DNA from: an uncultured Candidatus Saccharibacteria bacterium
GTDB taxonomy: Bacteria; Patescibacteriota; Saccharimonadia; Saccharimonadales; 2-12-FULL-41-12
Assembly (NCBI GenBank): GCA_964573095.1
Contig: CAZNIK010000002.1
Coordinates: forward strand, 135,230 to 199,229
Direction: 5' to 3'
DNA: 64,000 nucleotides
A program made the translations under genes and the position numbers. The notes under the pieces are model-generated. The model ran no database searches. It was not told where the DNA came from and saw nothing but the letters and a program-made list of their open reading frames with translations. Positions 54,686 through 64,000 of this stretch are shown piece after piece (within the stretch, counting starts at the first letter, position 1; each line of letters opens with the position of its first letter).

Positions 54686-55582
54686 ATGGTAGTCGTTACA
54701 GGCAGCTCTGGGTTTATAGGTAGCGCACTTGTTAAAAGTTTTGGCCCGAATGCAATTGGACTACAAAGAAGTAAGAATACTGCGGACGCAATTAATATTT
54801 ATAGGTGTGATTTGCTGAATAAAAGGTCTGTAGAAAAGACTATAAATGAGATAAAGATATATCCGATATCACATATTATCCATACTGCTGCCGTAACACC
54901 CTGGGCTAAACAGAATAACTATGGACTGGATTTAGTAATGGCTAAAGAGGTGCTTGAAATTGCTAATCACCTAAAAGTTCCTAAAATAGTTTTTTTGTCT
55001 GGGTGGAATGTTTACGATTCAAAAGGGGCATTACCTATAAGTGAGGACTCTAAAACAAACCCCATAGATCCGTATGGTTTAAGTAAATTGAATGTAGAAA
55101 AACTACTTTTAAGTAACCGAAATGGTGTTCAAATTCTCAATCTTCGAGTAGCGTCATTATATGGTCCTGGACAATTTTCAAAAGGCTTGATACCCAATTT
55201 GGTTGGGGCAGCACTAGACGGTAGAAGGCTAGTGATTAATTCTCCTGGGACGAAAAGAGACTACATGTACATAGAGGACTTTGTTCATGGAATACAAAAT
55301 ATTATTGCCAAGAAAACCCTAAAGGATTACAAATATATGAATATTGGAAGTGGGCATTCGGTTTCGATACTTAACGTAGCGCAAGCCATAAAGACTATCT
55401 TTCAGAATAAATACGAAATCAATGTCCAAATCGAAGTCCATAAAGGCGAGCCATCTATTCCGATGGATAATTTACTCGATATAAAAAGGGCAAGACGAGA
55501 GAAAATCATAGATACGTATACACCAATCGAAGAAGGTCTAATGGAGTATATTTCATGGAGAAAAAATGAAGATATTTTGTGA
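54686..55582 (+). CDS. NAD-dependent epimerase/dehydratase (SDR) family protein
   Basis: N-terminus MVVVTGSSGFIGSALV and the YxxxK motif (YGLSKLNVE). Confidence 0.75.
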   Translation: MVVVTGSSGFIGSALVKSFGPNAIGLQRSKNTADAINIYRCDLLNKRSVEKTINEIKIYPISHIIHTAAVTPWAKQNNYGLDLVMAKEVLEIANHLKVPKIVFLSGWNVYDSKGALPISEDSKTNPIDPYGLSKLNVEKLLLSNRNGVQILNLRVASLYGPGQFSKGLIPNLVGAALDGRRLVINSPGTKRDYMYIEDFVHGIQNIIAKKTLKDYKYMNIGSGHSVSILNVAQAIKTIFQNKYEINVQIEVHKGEPSIPMDNLLDIKRARREKIIDTYTPIEEGLMEYISWRKNEDIL

Positions 55583-56198
55583 TCTTGATGGAACACTCAT
55601 AAACGTTAAAAATAGGCACTATGCAGTATATAGGGATGTAGCAGTGGAGCTTAATGGGCAAGCCATAACGAAGAGTGAATATTGGACACTTAAGAGGCAG
55701 AAGTGTAAATGGCCAGAAATCCTTATAAAGAGCAAGCTATCATTCAAGGATGAAGGAGTATTTCTAAAGAAATTTATTTGCAAGATAGAAGACCCTAAAT
55801 ATCTTGCACAAGATACTCTTTTTCCTGGTGTGATAAGTGCGCTAGAGATAATTAGTGATTATGGCGATCTTTATCTAGTAAGTCTGCGAAGAAACAAGGA
55901 TAATCTACTAGGTCAGCTAGAAGCTCTGAATATAGCCCAGTATTTCCAGACAGTACTTACGGGTCATTCTGAAAACGATGGATATGATGTAAAAATACAG
56001 CTCATCGAGAATCTTTTGGAGAAAGATAAAGGAATTGTTATTGGCGATACTGAGGCAGACGTAATGACAGGTAAAATACTTGGATTGACTACCGTAGCAG
56101 TGAAAACCGGCATAAGAGATGAAAAGTTTCTAAAAAAACTCGAACCAGACTATTTGATAAGCGACATTACGCACATAAAAGATCTAGATATTAGCTAG
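55566..56198 (+). CDS. HAD-superfamily hydrolase (phosphatase-like)
   Basis: Motif I is FCDLDGTLI and the C-terminal motif is VIGDTEADV. Confidence 0.7.
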   Translation: MKIFCDLDGTLINVKNRHYAVYRDVAVELNGQAITKSEYWTLKRQKCKWPEILIKSKLSFKDEGVFLKKFICKIEDPKYLAQDTLFPGVISALEIISDYGDLYLVSLRRNKDNLLGQLEALNIAQYFQTVLTGHSENDGYDVKIQLIENLLEKDKGIVIGDTEADVMTGKILGLTTVAVKTGIRDEKFLKKLEPDYLISDITHIKDLDIS

Positions 56199-57139
56199 CT
56201 ACGATTCTCGTTGTTCATGTCCATTGTAATCGCTGATAAGAGAAGCTGAAATCCAAGTATGAGAGGAAGAACAGCTAGCATTACGGTTCCACTTGAAGGA
56301 GTAGTGCCAGAAAATAGTTTCACAATAACTAAATACAGACCCAAAGAGATTCCTATAATAGTGAGTAGCAAACCGCTAAATATAAATAAAGCAATCGGGT
56401 GAAAATTAACAACCACATATTTGTGGAATATACGTCTCCAGAATCCTTTCCATACAACACTCAAAGCTCGCAGCGTTGTTTTGAAAACTGGTATGGTGCT
56501 TTGTTCGTCACCGTATATAGCTGGTACAGGCTCGTCGTTTATTCGTGCTCCCATGATAGCTAGGGATATTAATAGGGTATTCTCATAATCATATCGTCTG
56601 CCAATGTGTTCAACGGGCAGATTTTGAAGTGTTTTTTTTGTAAAAACACCGTACCCATTTTGCGAATCGAATATGCTGTAGTAGCCTGAGGAAAATTTTG
56701 TAAGAATAGTAATTATTGTATTCCCAATTCGGCGATAAGTTGGCATCTGCTTTAATTCTTCAAGATGGACAAAGCGGTTCGCTTTTACATAGTCAAGTCT
56801 TTCATCAAGTAAAGTATCGATCATGTTGGACATATAGTCTTGGTTGCACTGTGCGTCTCCAGCCATTGTAAATATTAGATCAGCGCCGTTTTCAAGTGCC
56901 TTTTCAAATCCACTAATGTATGCCCCACCAATCCCTTGGTTTATAGATAAGTGCACGGGAAGTATCTTGCGATTCTTTTTTGCCAAGTGTTTAATAATAA
57001 CCCCTGTTTTGTCTGTGCTTTTATCGTCCACAGGGATAATTAAATCGACAAAATTTGGCAGTGTCGTAATTGTTTTTTCGATGAGCTTTTCCTCATTATA
57101 ACAAGGTAATATAGCTGCAATTTTTAGCTTTCTGTACAT
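56195..57139 (-). CDS. GT2 polyprenyl-phosphate glycosyltransferase (GtrB/DPM1-like) with C-terminal TM helices
   Basis: N-terminus IAAILPCYNEEKLIEKTI...IIPVDDKSTDKT, a DxD-like motif (MAGDAQ) and two C-terminal TM helices. Confidence 0.7.
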   Translation of the reverse strand: MYRKLKIAAILPCYNEEKLIEKTITTLPNFVDLIIPVDDKSTDKTGVIIKHLAKKNRKILPVHLSINQGIGGAYISGFEKALENGADLIFTMAGDAQCNQDYMSNMIDTLLDERLDYVKANRFVHLEELKQMPTYRRIGNTIITILTKFSSGYYSIFDSQNGYGVFTKKTLQNLPVEHIGRRYDYENTLLISLAIMGARINDEPVPAIYGDEQSTIPVFKTTLRALSVVWKGFWRRIFHKYVVVNFHPIALFIFSGLLLTIIGISLGLYLVIVKLFSGTTPSSGTVMLAVLPLILGFQLLLSAITMDMNNENRS

Positions 57140-57185
57140 AGTGTGAGTTCGAGTTAGACTACTATTAACTCTAGCACGATTTTTA

Positions 57186-57632
57186 ATGCCAAGCAGGTAC
57201 TTAGTTTATAATACGTCCATTGTGGTGAAGAGAAGCAACATAAAACAAATTCTATTTTTTGGGCTTGTTGGTGTAATCACTTTGATGATTGATGTTGTTG
57301 TTACGAAAAGTTTGTATCAGTTTTTTAGCTTTCCTGCATACCTCGCAAGTGCGATAGGCTTTATGTCTGGGTTTTTCTTCAATTTTCCGATGAACAGGAA
57401 CCGCGTCTTTAAACATACCTCCAAAGACCAATTTACAGTTCGGTATCAAGTGGCGATGGTGTTGTCGCTGAGTATTTTTAACTTGATATTCACCAGTGTA
57501 TTCGTAGACACATTGGTTCGTTTAGATTTGCTTGATATTGCTATCGCAAAAGTTGTAGCAACAGCCATTATTGCAACATGGAATTTTGTAGTCTTTAAAT
57601 GGTTTATATTCTCCAAAAATGTCAACGCTTGA
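57186..57632 (+). CDS. GtrA-family small membrane protein
   Basis: Four TM helices, with [20 protein letters not shown]... and [11 protein letters not shown] typical of GtrA-like proteins. The start is uncertain. Confidence 0.65.
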   Translation: MPSRYLVYNTSIVVKRSNIKQILFFGLVGVITLMIDVVVTKSLYQFFSFPAYLASAIGFMSGFFFNFPMNRNRVFKHTSKDQFTVRYQVAMVLSLSIFNLIFTSVFVDTLVRLDLLDIAIAKVVATAIIATWNFVVFKWFIFSKNVNA

Positions 57633-58485
57633 TAAGCTGAAGTAAATATTCACCGTAACCAGATTTTTTAAGGGGCTCGGCGATTTCAAGTAACCTTTGC
57701 TTATCTATGAAACCCTGCTCGTAAGCCACTTCTTCTGGGCAGCCGACTTTGATGCCTTGGCGCGCCTCGACGACTTCTACAAACTGTGACGCTTGATTCA
57801 TGCTTTCGAATGTTCCCGTGTCCAACCAGGCTGTACCGCGATCAAGTAAACAAACTTTTAGCTTGCCCATTTTTAGGTATGCGTCAAGCACAGAAGTGAT
57901 TTCAACTTCTCCTCTGGCGCTTGGCTGGACGTTTTTGGCGATCTCTACAACTTGGTTGTCACAAAAATATAGACCGGCATTTGCATAGTTTGACTTAGGA
58001 TTTTCGGGCTTCTCTTCGATAGAAAGCACATTCATGTCGTGGTCAAATTCGTACACGCCGTATCGTTTTGGGTCGGTAACTTGGGCAGCAAAACCAACTG
58101 CTCCATCGATATCTGTAAATTCTTTTAATTGTTTGTCCATCTGAGAGCCGTAAAAGATGTTGTCGCCGAGGATCATGGCTACTTTTTGGTCGCCAATAAA
58201 CTCGGCACCAATAATGAAGGCATCAGCAAGTCCGCGGGGTTCCACCTGGACCTTGTAACTAAGTGAAATGCCCCAATCTGAACCATCGCCCAGAAGTTTT
58301 TGGAACTGCTCTTGGTCGTGGGGAGTAGTAATAATTAGTATTTCTTGGATGCCTGCAGCCATAAGTGTACTGAGAGGGTAGTAGACCATGGGCTTATCGT
58401 AGATTGGTACGAGCTGTTTGCTGATTGCTCGGGTGATTGGATAGAGTCTAGTACCAGAGCCTCCTGCCAGTATTATTCCCTTCAT
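57622..58485 (-). CDS. rmlA: glucose-1-phosphate thymidylyltransferase
   Basis: N-terminus [38 protein letters not shown]. Confidence 0.9.
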   Translation of the reverse strand: MKGIILAGGSGTRLYPITRAISKQLVPIYDKPMVYYPLSTLMAAGIQEILIITTPHDQEQFQKLLGDGSDWGISLSYKVQVEPRGLADAFIIGAEFIGDQKVAMILGDNIFYGSQMDKQLKEFTDIDGAVGFAAQVTDPKRYGVYEFDHDMNVLSIEEKPENPKSNYANAGLYFCDNQVVEIAKNVQPSARGEVEITSVLDAYLKMGKLKVCLLDRGTAWLDTGTFESMNQASQFVEVVEARQGIKVGCPEEVAYEQGFIDKQRLLEIAEPLKKSGYGEYLLQLIKR

Positions 58486-59414
58486 GATGATTTTTTCTCC
58501 TTTTCCATATACGCTTTCAAATCTTGTTGCCAGTCTGTGGGCTGGAATCCTGTCAATTCAATTTTACTCAAGCTAAGAGTGCTCTGTAGAGGCCGGGGTG
58601 CGATGCCTTCCTTGCCTTCGAAATACTCGGCCGTGGTAGTGTTGGATACTGTCAGATCATTCCTATTGAGTTCTCCGAAAATTGTACGGGCAATATCTGC
58701 CCAGCTGGCTGAATCCCCAGAGTTACTGATGTTATAGGTGCCGTAGGGCTGACCAGTACTCAATAGATAATTAATTGCACGAACAAGCTCACTAGTGAAG
58801 GTGAGTCTCCCAACTTGGTCATGAACAACTGTCGGCGATATGTTCCTGTCCGCGAGACTAATCATAGTACGAACAAAATTTTTGCCTTCACCTATAACCC
58901 ACGACGTGCGCAGTAAATAGTGTTTTGGGGTGGTTGAGCAAGCAAGGTCGCCTGCAGCTTTACTGGCACCGTACACCGACAAAGGACTCATGGACTCATC
59001 TTCGGTGTGGTTATTGTTTGTGCCGTTGAAGACATAGTCTGATGAAATATGGAGGAGAATGATGTCATGTTTGTTAGAGACACATGCAAGGTGTGATACG
59101 GCAGTTGCATTGACTGCCCAGGCAGCGACACGGCCTTCGGGTGTTTCGGCGCCATCAACATTGGTGTACGCCGCCGCATTCAAGATGTGTGTAATGTTTG
59201 ACCAATCAAAATTCTGGACAGCCTCTCTATCAGTTATATCTAGCTCATCACTATCGACAGCTTTTGCGTCTGGATACTGGGCCTGTAAAGCTAAGCCTAG
59301 TTGCCCTTTTGATCCAATTATCAAAAATCCTGCGCCAGACAGTCTGTTCTCCGGCAAGCCAGAGATGCCACTGTCTTGTTGGCTATTTTCGGCTTGATTT
59401 CCTACAATACTCAC
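58482..59414 (-). CDS. rmlD: dTDP-4-dehydrorhamnose reductase (with ~25-aa N-terminal extension)
   Basis: GTG start 59414. It has [10 protein letters not shown] (Rossmann) and YGASKAAGD (YxxxK). Confidence 0.85.
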   Translation of the reverse strand: MSIVGNQAENSQQDSGISGLPENRLSGAGFLIIGSKGQLGLALQAQYPDAKAVDSDELDITDREAVQNFDWSNITHILNAAAYTNVDGAETPEGRVAAWAVNATAVSHLACVSNKHDIILLHISSDYVFNGTNNNHTEDESMSPLSVYGASKAAGDLACSTTPKHYLLRTSWVIGEGKNFVRTMISLADRNISPTVVHDQVGRLTFTSELVRAINYLLSTGQPYGTYNISNSGDSASWADIARTIFGELNRNDLTVSNTTTAEYFEGKEGIAPRPLQSTLSLSKIELTGFQPTDWQQDLKAYMEKEKKSS

Positions 59415-59521
59415 TTCAACGTACCTCTGTGTACGTTTCGTTCCGTGTTTCGGAATCGCACCGAAACTATCTCAACCTCAGAATTTTTGATCACAAATAG
59501 ATTTCCTGCGCCAGACACCAC
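59411..59521 (-). CDS. 36-codon bridging sORF between rmlC and rmlD (hypothetical)
   Basis: GTG 59521 overlaps the rmlC TAG by 1 nt, and TGA 59413-59411 overlaps the rmlD GTG as GTGA. The product begins VVSGAGNLFVIKN, echoing Rml[14 protein letters not shown]. The 14-nt tcctgcgccagaca is shared with 59329-59342. Confidence 0.25.
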   Translation of the reverse strand: MVSGAGNLFVIKNSEVEIVSVRFRNTERNVHRGTLK

Positions 59522-60069
59522 TAAAACTCCATAGGGATTACATTTTTGAGTAGCGGGTGGTTAATATCTTTTTCGGAAAGCAAAGAAGGATCAATAGGGA
59601 CTGGCCATTCAATGCCGAGCGCTGGATCCTGGAGATTTACAAAAGTATATCGAGAATCTGGTGACCAATGCTCGTTGACCAAGTAGGTATATGCTACGTT
59701 TTCATCTAGCGTTTGGTAGCCATTGGCAACGCCTCGTGGAACAAAAACAGCTTTTTCTGGCGTGAGCTCTATAGTCAGCACCGTGCCAAACGAGATACCC
59801 TTGCGCAGATCAACCCATGCACCAAAAACTCGGCCGGTCGCGACAGAAATAAACTTCTCCCAAGGTTCCGCGTGGAGGCCCCGGGCGACACCTTTTTCAG
59901 CGTTGAACGAGATGTTATTTTGAACAATTTTGAAAGTAGGGAGCCCAAGAGCTTCTAGTTTTTCGCGCTGATAATTTTCCTTAAACCAGCCACGATTATC
60001 GCCGTGTACCACAAGATCTACTTCATAAAATCCTGGGATTTTTGTTTCCTTGACAGCTAGATCTGCCAT
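59521..60069 (-). CDS. rmlC: dTDP-4-dehydrorhamnose 3,5-epimerase
   Basis: 182 aa with FKENYQREK, RGLHAEPW and FVPRGVANGYQTL motifs. Confidence 0.9.
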   Translation of the reverse strand: MADLAVKETKIPGFYEVDLVVHGDNRGWFKENYQREKLEALGLPTFKIVQNNISFNAEKGVARGLHAEPWEKFISVATGRVFGAWVDLRKGISFGTVLTIELTPEKAVFVPRGVANGYQTLDENVAYTYLVNEHWSPDSRYTFVNLQDPALGIEWPVPIDPSLLSEKDINHPLLKNVIPMEF

Positions 60070-60173
60070 TATCGACCCAACTCCGAATATTTAGCTATAA
60101 TGAGACACCCATAAACGGGTTTCTCATCGCGCGGTGCACGGAATGAATCCGATGCTCCGGCTGCTCTTCCCAT
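60069..60173 (-). CDS. 34-aa bridging sORF between rmlB and rmlC (hypothetical)
   Basis: ATG 60173 lies 5 nt after the rmlB TGA, and TAA 60071-60069 overlaps the rmlC ATG as TAATG. The product is [34 protein letters not shown], whose last 8 aa equal the RmlB C-terminus. Confidence 0.25.
   Translation of the reverse strand: MGRAAGASDSFRAPRDEKPVYGCLIIAKYSELGR
60071..60096. repeat. 26-bp exact duplicate of the rmlB 3' end (partner at 60181-60206)
   Basis: atcgacccaactccgaatatttagct occurs at 60071-60096 and at 60181-60206. The 84 bp between the copies contain the hairpin atgagacaccc-ataaac-gggtttctcat (60100-60127). Confidence 0.9.
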
Positions 60174-60178
60174 TGTTT

Positions 60179-61757
<1,579 letters not shown>

Positions 61758-61768
61758 GGAGAGGACGT

Positions 61769-62542
61769 ATGAAAAAGTTAATTGCTTTTGATCTGGACGG
61801 AACGCTTGCACCGAGTAAATCTCCACTACCAGATAGAATGAGTATATTGCTTGGGAAACTCCTTGAGAGATACGAGGTGTGCATAATATCCGGTGGGAAA
61901 TATAAGCTATTTCAGACGCAAATCTTGACCAACCTACAATGTGAGTCAGAGCAATTGCGACGCTTGCATCTGATGCCAACCAGCGGAACTCGGTACTATT
62001 TTTACGATGAGACAAGGAGCGATTGGCAACTTGCCTATGCTGAAGATATTAAGCCTGCGGACAAGCAAAGGATCATTCAAGCACTGAATGATGGTCTCGA
62101 CGAAGCTGGCTATCGACCAGATAAAACCTACGGCGAAATTATTGAAGACCGGGACAGCCAGATTACACTTTCTATTCTTGGACAGGAAATTGTCGCAGAG
62201 CTCGGCCTAAAAGGCGTGGAGATCAAAGAAGCGTGGGATCCAGATGGGTCAAAAAAGATATACTTACGAAACATAATCGCGCCCAAGATCCCAGAATTTG
62301 AGGTTCGAGCTGCAGGAGCAACCTCGATTGATGTGACAAGACCTGGGATAGACAAAGCCTACGGCATGAGAAAACTGATGGAAGCTACTGGATTGGAAAA
62401 AAAAGACATACTATTTATGGGAGATAAGATCCTTGAGGGCGGCAACGACTATCCAGTTAAGACGATGGGCATAGATTGCATTGAGGTTCGATCGTGGGAA
62501 GATACCAGCTACGCCGTAGAAGCACTAGTGAAGGTCCTATAA
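61769..62542 (+). CDS. HAD-IIB family hydrolase (phosphomannomutase/sugar-phosphatase-like)
   Basis: SD AAGGAGAGG precedes the start. Motif I is IAFDLDGTLAPSKS, a cap domain is present, and the C-terminal motif is FMGDKILEGGNDYP. Confidence 0.65.
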   Translation: MKKLIAFDLDGTLAPSKSPLPDRMSILLGKLLERYEVCIISGGKYKLFQTQILTNLQCESEQLRRLHLMPTSGTRYYFYDETRSDWQLAYAEDIKPADKQRIIQALNDGLDEAGYRPDKTYGEIIEDRDSQITLSILGQEIVAELGLKGVEIKEAWDPDGSKKIYLRNIIAPKIPEFEVRAAGATSIDVTRPGIDKAYGMRKLMEATGLEKKDILFMGDKILEGGNDYPVKTMGIDCIEVRSWEDTSYAVEALVKVL

Positions 62543-64000
62543 CTATTCGACGGTGACGGATTTGGCGAGGTTTCGGGGCCGATCAACATTCATGCCTTTT
62601 TTGACTGCCACATAATATGCAAACAACTGCACTACGGTGGCAACAATAATTGGCTGCAACTGCGGAATTGCCGAAGGTACAAACAAAACGTCATCCGTAA
62701 GGTGCTTGATCTCCTTATTGCCCCTGGTAGCAATAGCTAGAATTGGTCCTTTTCGGGCTCGAATTTCCTCTATGTTTGACAAGCTCTTTTCCAAAAATGG
62801 TCCGTCGCAGGCAAGGGCAACAGTCGCAAACTTGGGATCGATCATGGCGAGCGGCCCGTGTTTCATTTCGCCAGATGCATACCCTTCGGCGTGGATATAA
62901 CTTATCTCTTTGAGCTTTAAAGCTCCTTCAAGCGCGCAAGGGAACAGATAACCTCGTCCAATAAAGAGCATGTTTGTGTAGTGTGAGTATTTTTTTGCCA
63001 TCTTTTCTATGTCGCTCGAGTCTTTTAGTAGTTCTCGAACAAGGTCGGGTAGTTCGAGCATTCCTTGGATAATGGATCGGTATGACTTGTAGTTGTCTTT
63101 GGCAAGCAGCAGCGCAAGTTCCGTGAGCACGGTTACTTGGGCGACAAATGCCTTGGTGCTGGCAACTGATTTTTCGGGCCCCGCGTGGCAGTAAACACCG
63201 GCGTCGGTAATTCGTGAAATTGTTGAGCCAACAACGTTCACAACTCCCAAAGTTAACACGCCGTATTCTCGAACCTTCTCGAGCCCAGCGATGGTGTCGG
63301 CGGTTTCGCCAGATTGGGATATTGCAATAATTGCGGTTGATCTTGAAAAGGGCTCATCGCGGTACTTAAACTCACTGGCAAGCTGAACCTCGACAGGAAT
63401 ACCAGCGATTTCCTCGATCAAATATTCGCCAACCATGCCCGCATAGTATGAGGTTCCACAGGCAATAATAACGATTCGATCGATGTGCTCAAGTTGGGTT
63501 TTCACCGATTCGAGGCCGCCAAGTTTGATGGGATTGATAGGCGAGCGGAGTCGTCCACTGATTGCGGACTCGATAGTCTGAGGAATGTCGTGAATCTCTT
63601 TGAGCATGTAATGAGGAAAATCTTGTAATGCATCGGCGTCTTCCTCGCGTTCGATCTCGGCGGCCAGCGGGGTGATGTCTGTTTTTTCTTGAATATTTCT
63701 GACAGACAAACTATCTTTCCCAACTTTTGCGATTTCGTAGTCGCCCAGGAAGATAACTTTTTGCACATTATGATCGAGCGCCGTTTGGTCTGATGCGATG
63801 TAGTGTTCGTGCGGGCCGGTTCCGATTACGAGTGGGCTGGAGAGACGAGCTACATATATGTGGTTTGGGTCATAAGAGCTCGTGGCCGCGATGGCGAAGG
63901 CGCCATCCAATTCTTTTATTGTTTCTTCGAAGGCAGTTTGAAAATCGTTGGTTTGTGTGTAATGAAAATCCAGCAAATGAGGAATGACCTCTGTATCGGT
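62543..64000 (-). CDS. glmS: glutamine--fructose-6-phosphate aminotransferase (isomerising), N-terminus beyond the window edge
   Basis: SIS domains (GTSYYAG, SQSGETADT) and the canonical C-terminus RPRNLAKSVTVE. The frame stays open past the ORF-track Met 63976 to position 64000 (..TDTEVIPHLLDFHY..). Confidence 0.9.
   Translation of the reverse strand, partial: TDTEVIPHLLDFHYTQTNDFQTAFEETIKELDGAFAIAATSSYDPNHIYVARLSSPLVIGTGPHEHYIASDQTALDHNVQKVIFLGDYEIAKVGKDSLSVRNIQEKTDITPLAAEIEREEDADALQDFPHYMLKEIHDIPQTIESAISGRLRSPINPIKLGGLESVKTQLEHIDRIVIIACGTSYYAGMVGEYLIEEIAGIPVEVQLASEFKYRDEPFSRSTAIIAISQSGETADTIAGLEKVREYGVLTLGVVNVVGSTISRITDAGVYCHAGPEKSVASTKAFVAQVTVLTELALLLAKDNYKSYRSIIQGMLELPDLVRELLKDSSDIEKMAKKYSHYTNMLFIGRGYLFPCALEGALKLKEISYIHAEGYASGEMKHGPLAMIDPKFATVALACDGPFLEKSLSNIEEIRARKGPILAIATRGNKEIKHLTDDVLFVPSAIPQLQPIIVATVVQLFAYYVAVKKGMNVDRPRNLAKSVTVE

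Overview
This 64-kb window is a chromosomal segment around a replication origin, with recF-dnaN-dnaA facing rpmH-rnpA-yidC-jag and DnaA-box clusters on both sides of dnaA. The left arm (0-8 kb) holds a membrane-anchored Clp/Hsp100-type AAA+ ATPase, three tRNAs, a type IV pilin-like gene, a SAM-I-type riboswitch upstream of a trans-sulfuration PLP enzyme, comF and hsp20. From 8 to 27 kb lies a Gram-positive-type type IV secretion (T4SS)-like locus. It contains six tandem VirB2-like pilin paralogs, a VirB6/TrbL-like protein, a PrgI/VirB3-like protein, VirB4, an ATPase-less VirB4-N-domain-like protein and two ~1000-aa wall-active envelope proteins. No relaxase, coupling ATPase or integrase is visible in the window. 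From 33 to 38 kb there is a 1155-aa secreted SGNH esterase and a tandem pair of cassette-like small exported proteins. From 38 to 64 kb there is a cell-envelope polysaccharide locus: glycosyltransferases, a Wzm/Wzt-type ABC exporter with a candidate capping methyltransferase, GtrA/GtrB/GT-C-like side-chain genes, an amino-sugar module, rmlABCD and glmS (cut by the window edge). The compact overlapping genes, the gene content and standard stop-codon usage fit a small-genome Patescibacteria/CPR (Saccharibacteria-like) organism, but that assignment is inference. All functional calls rest on motifs read by eye; no database search was run.
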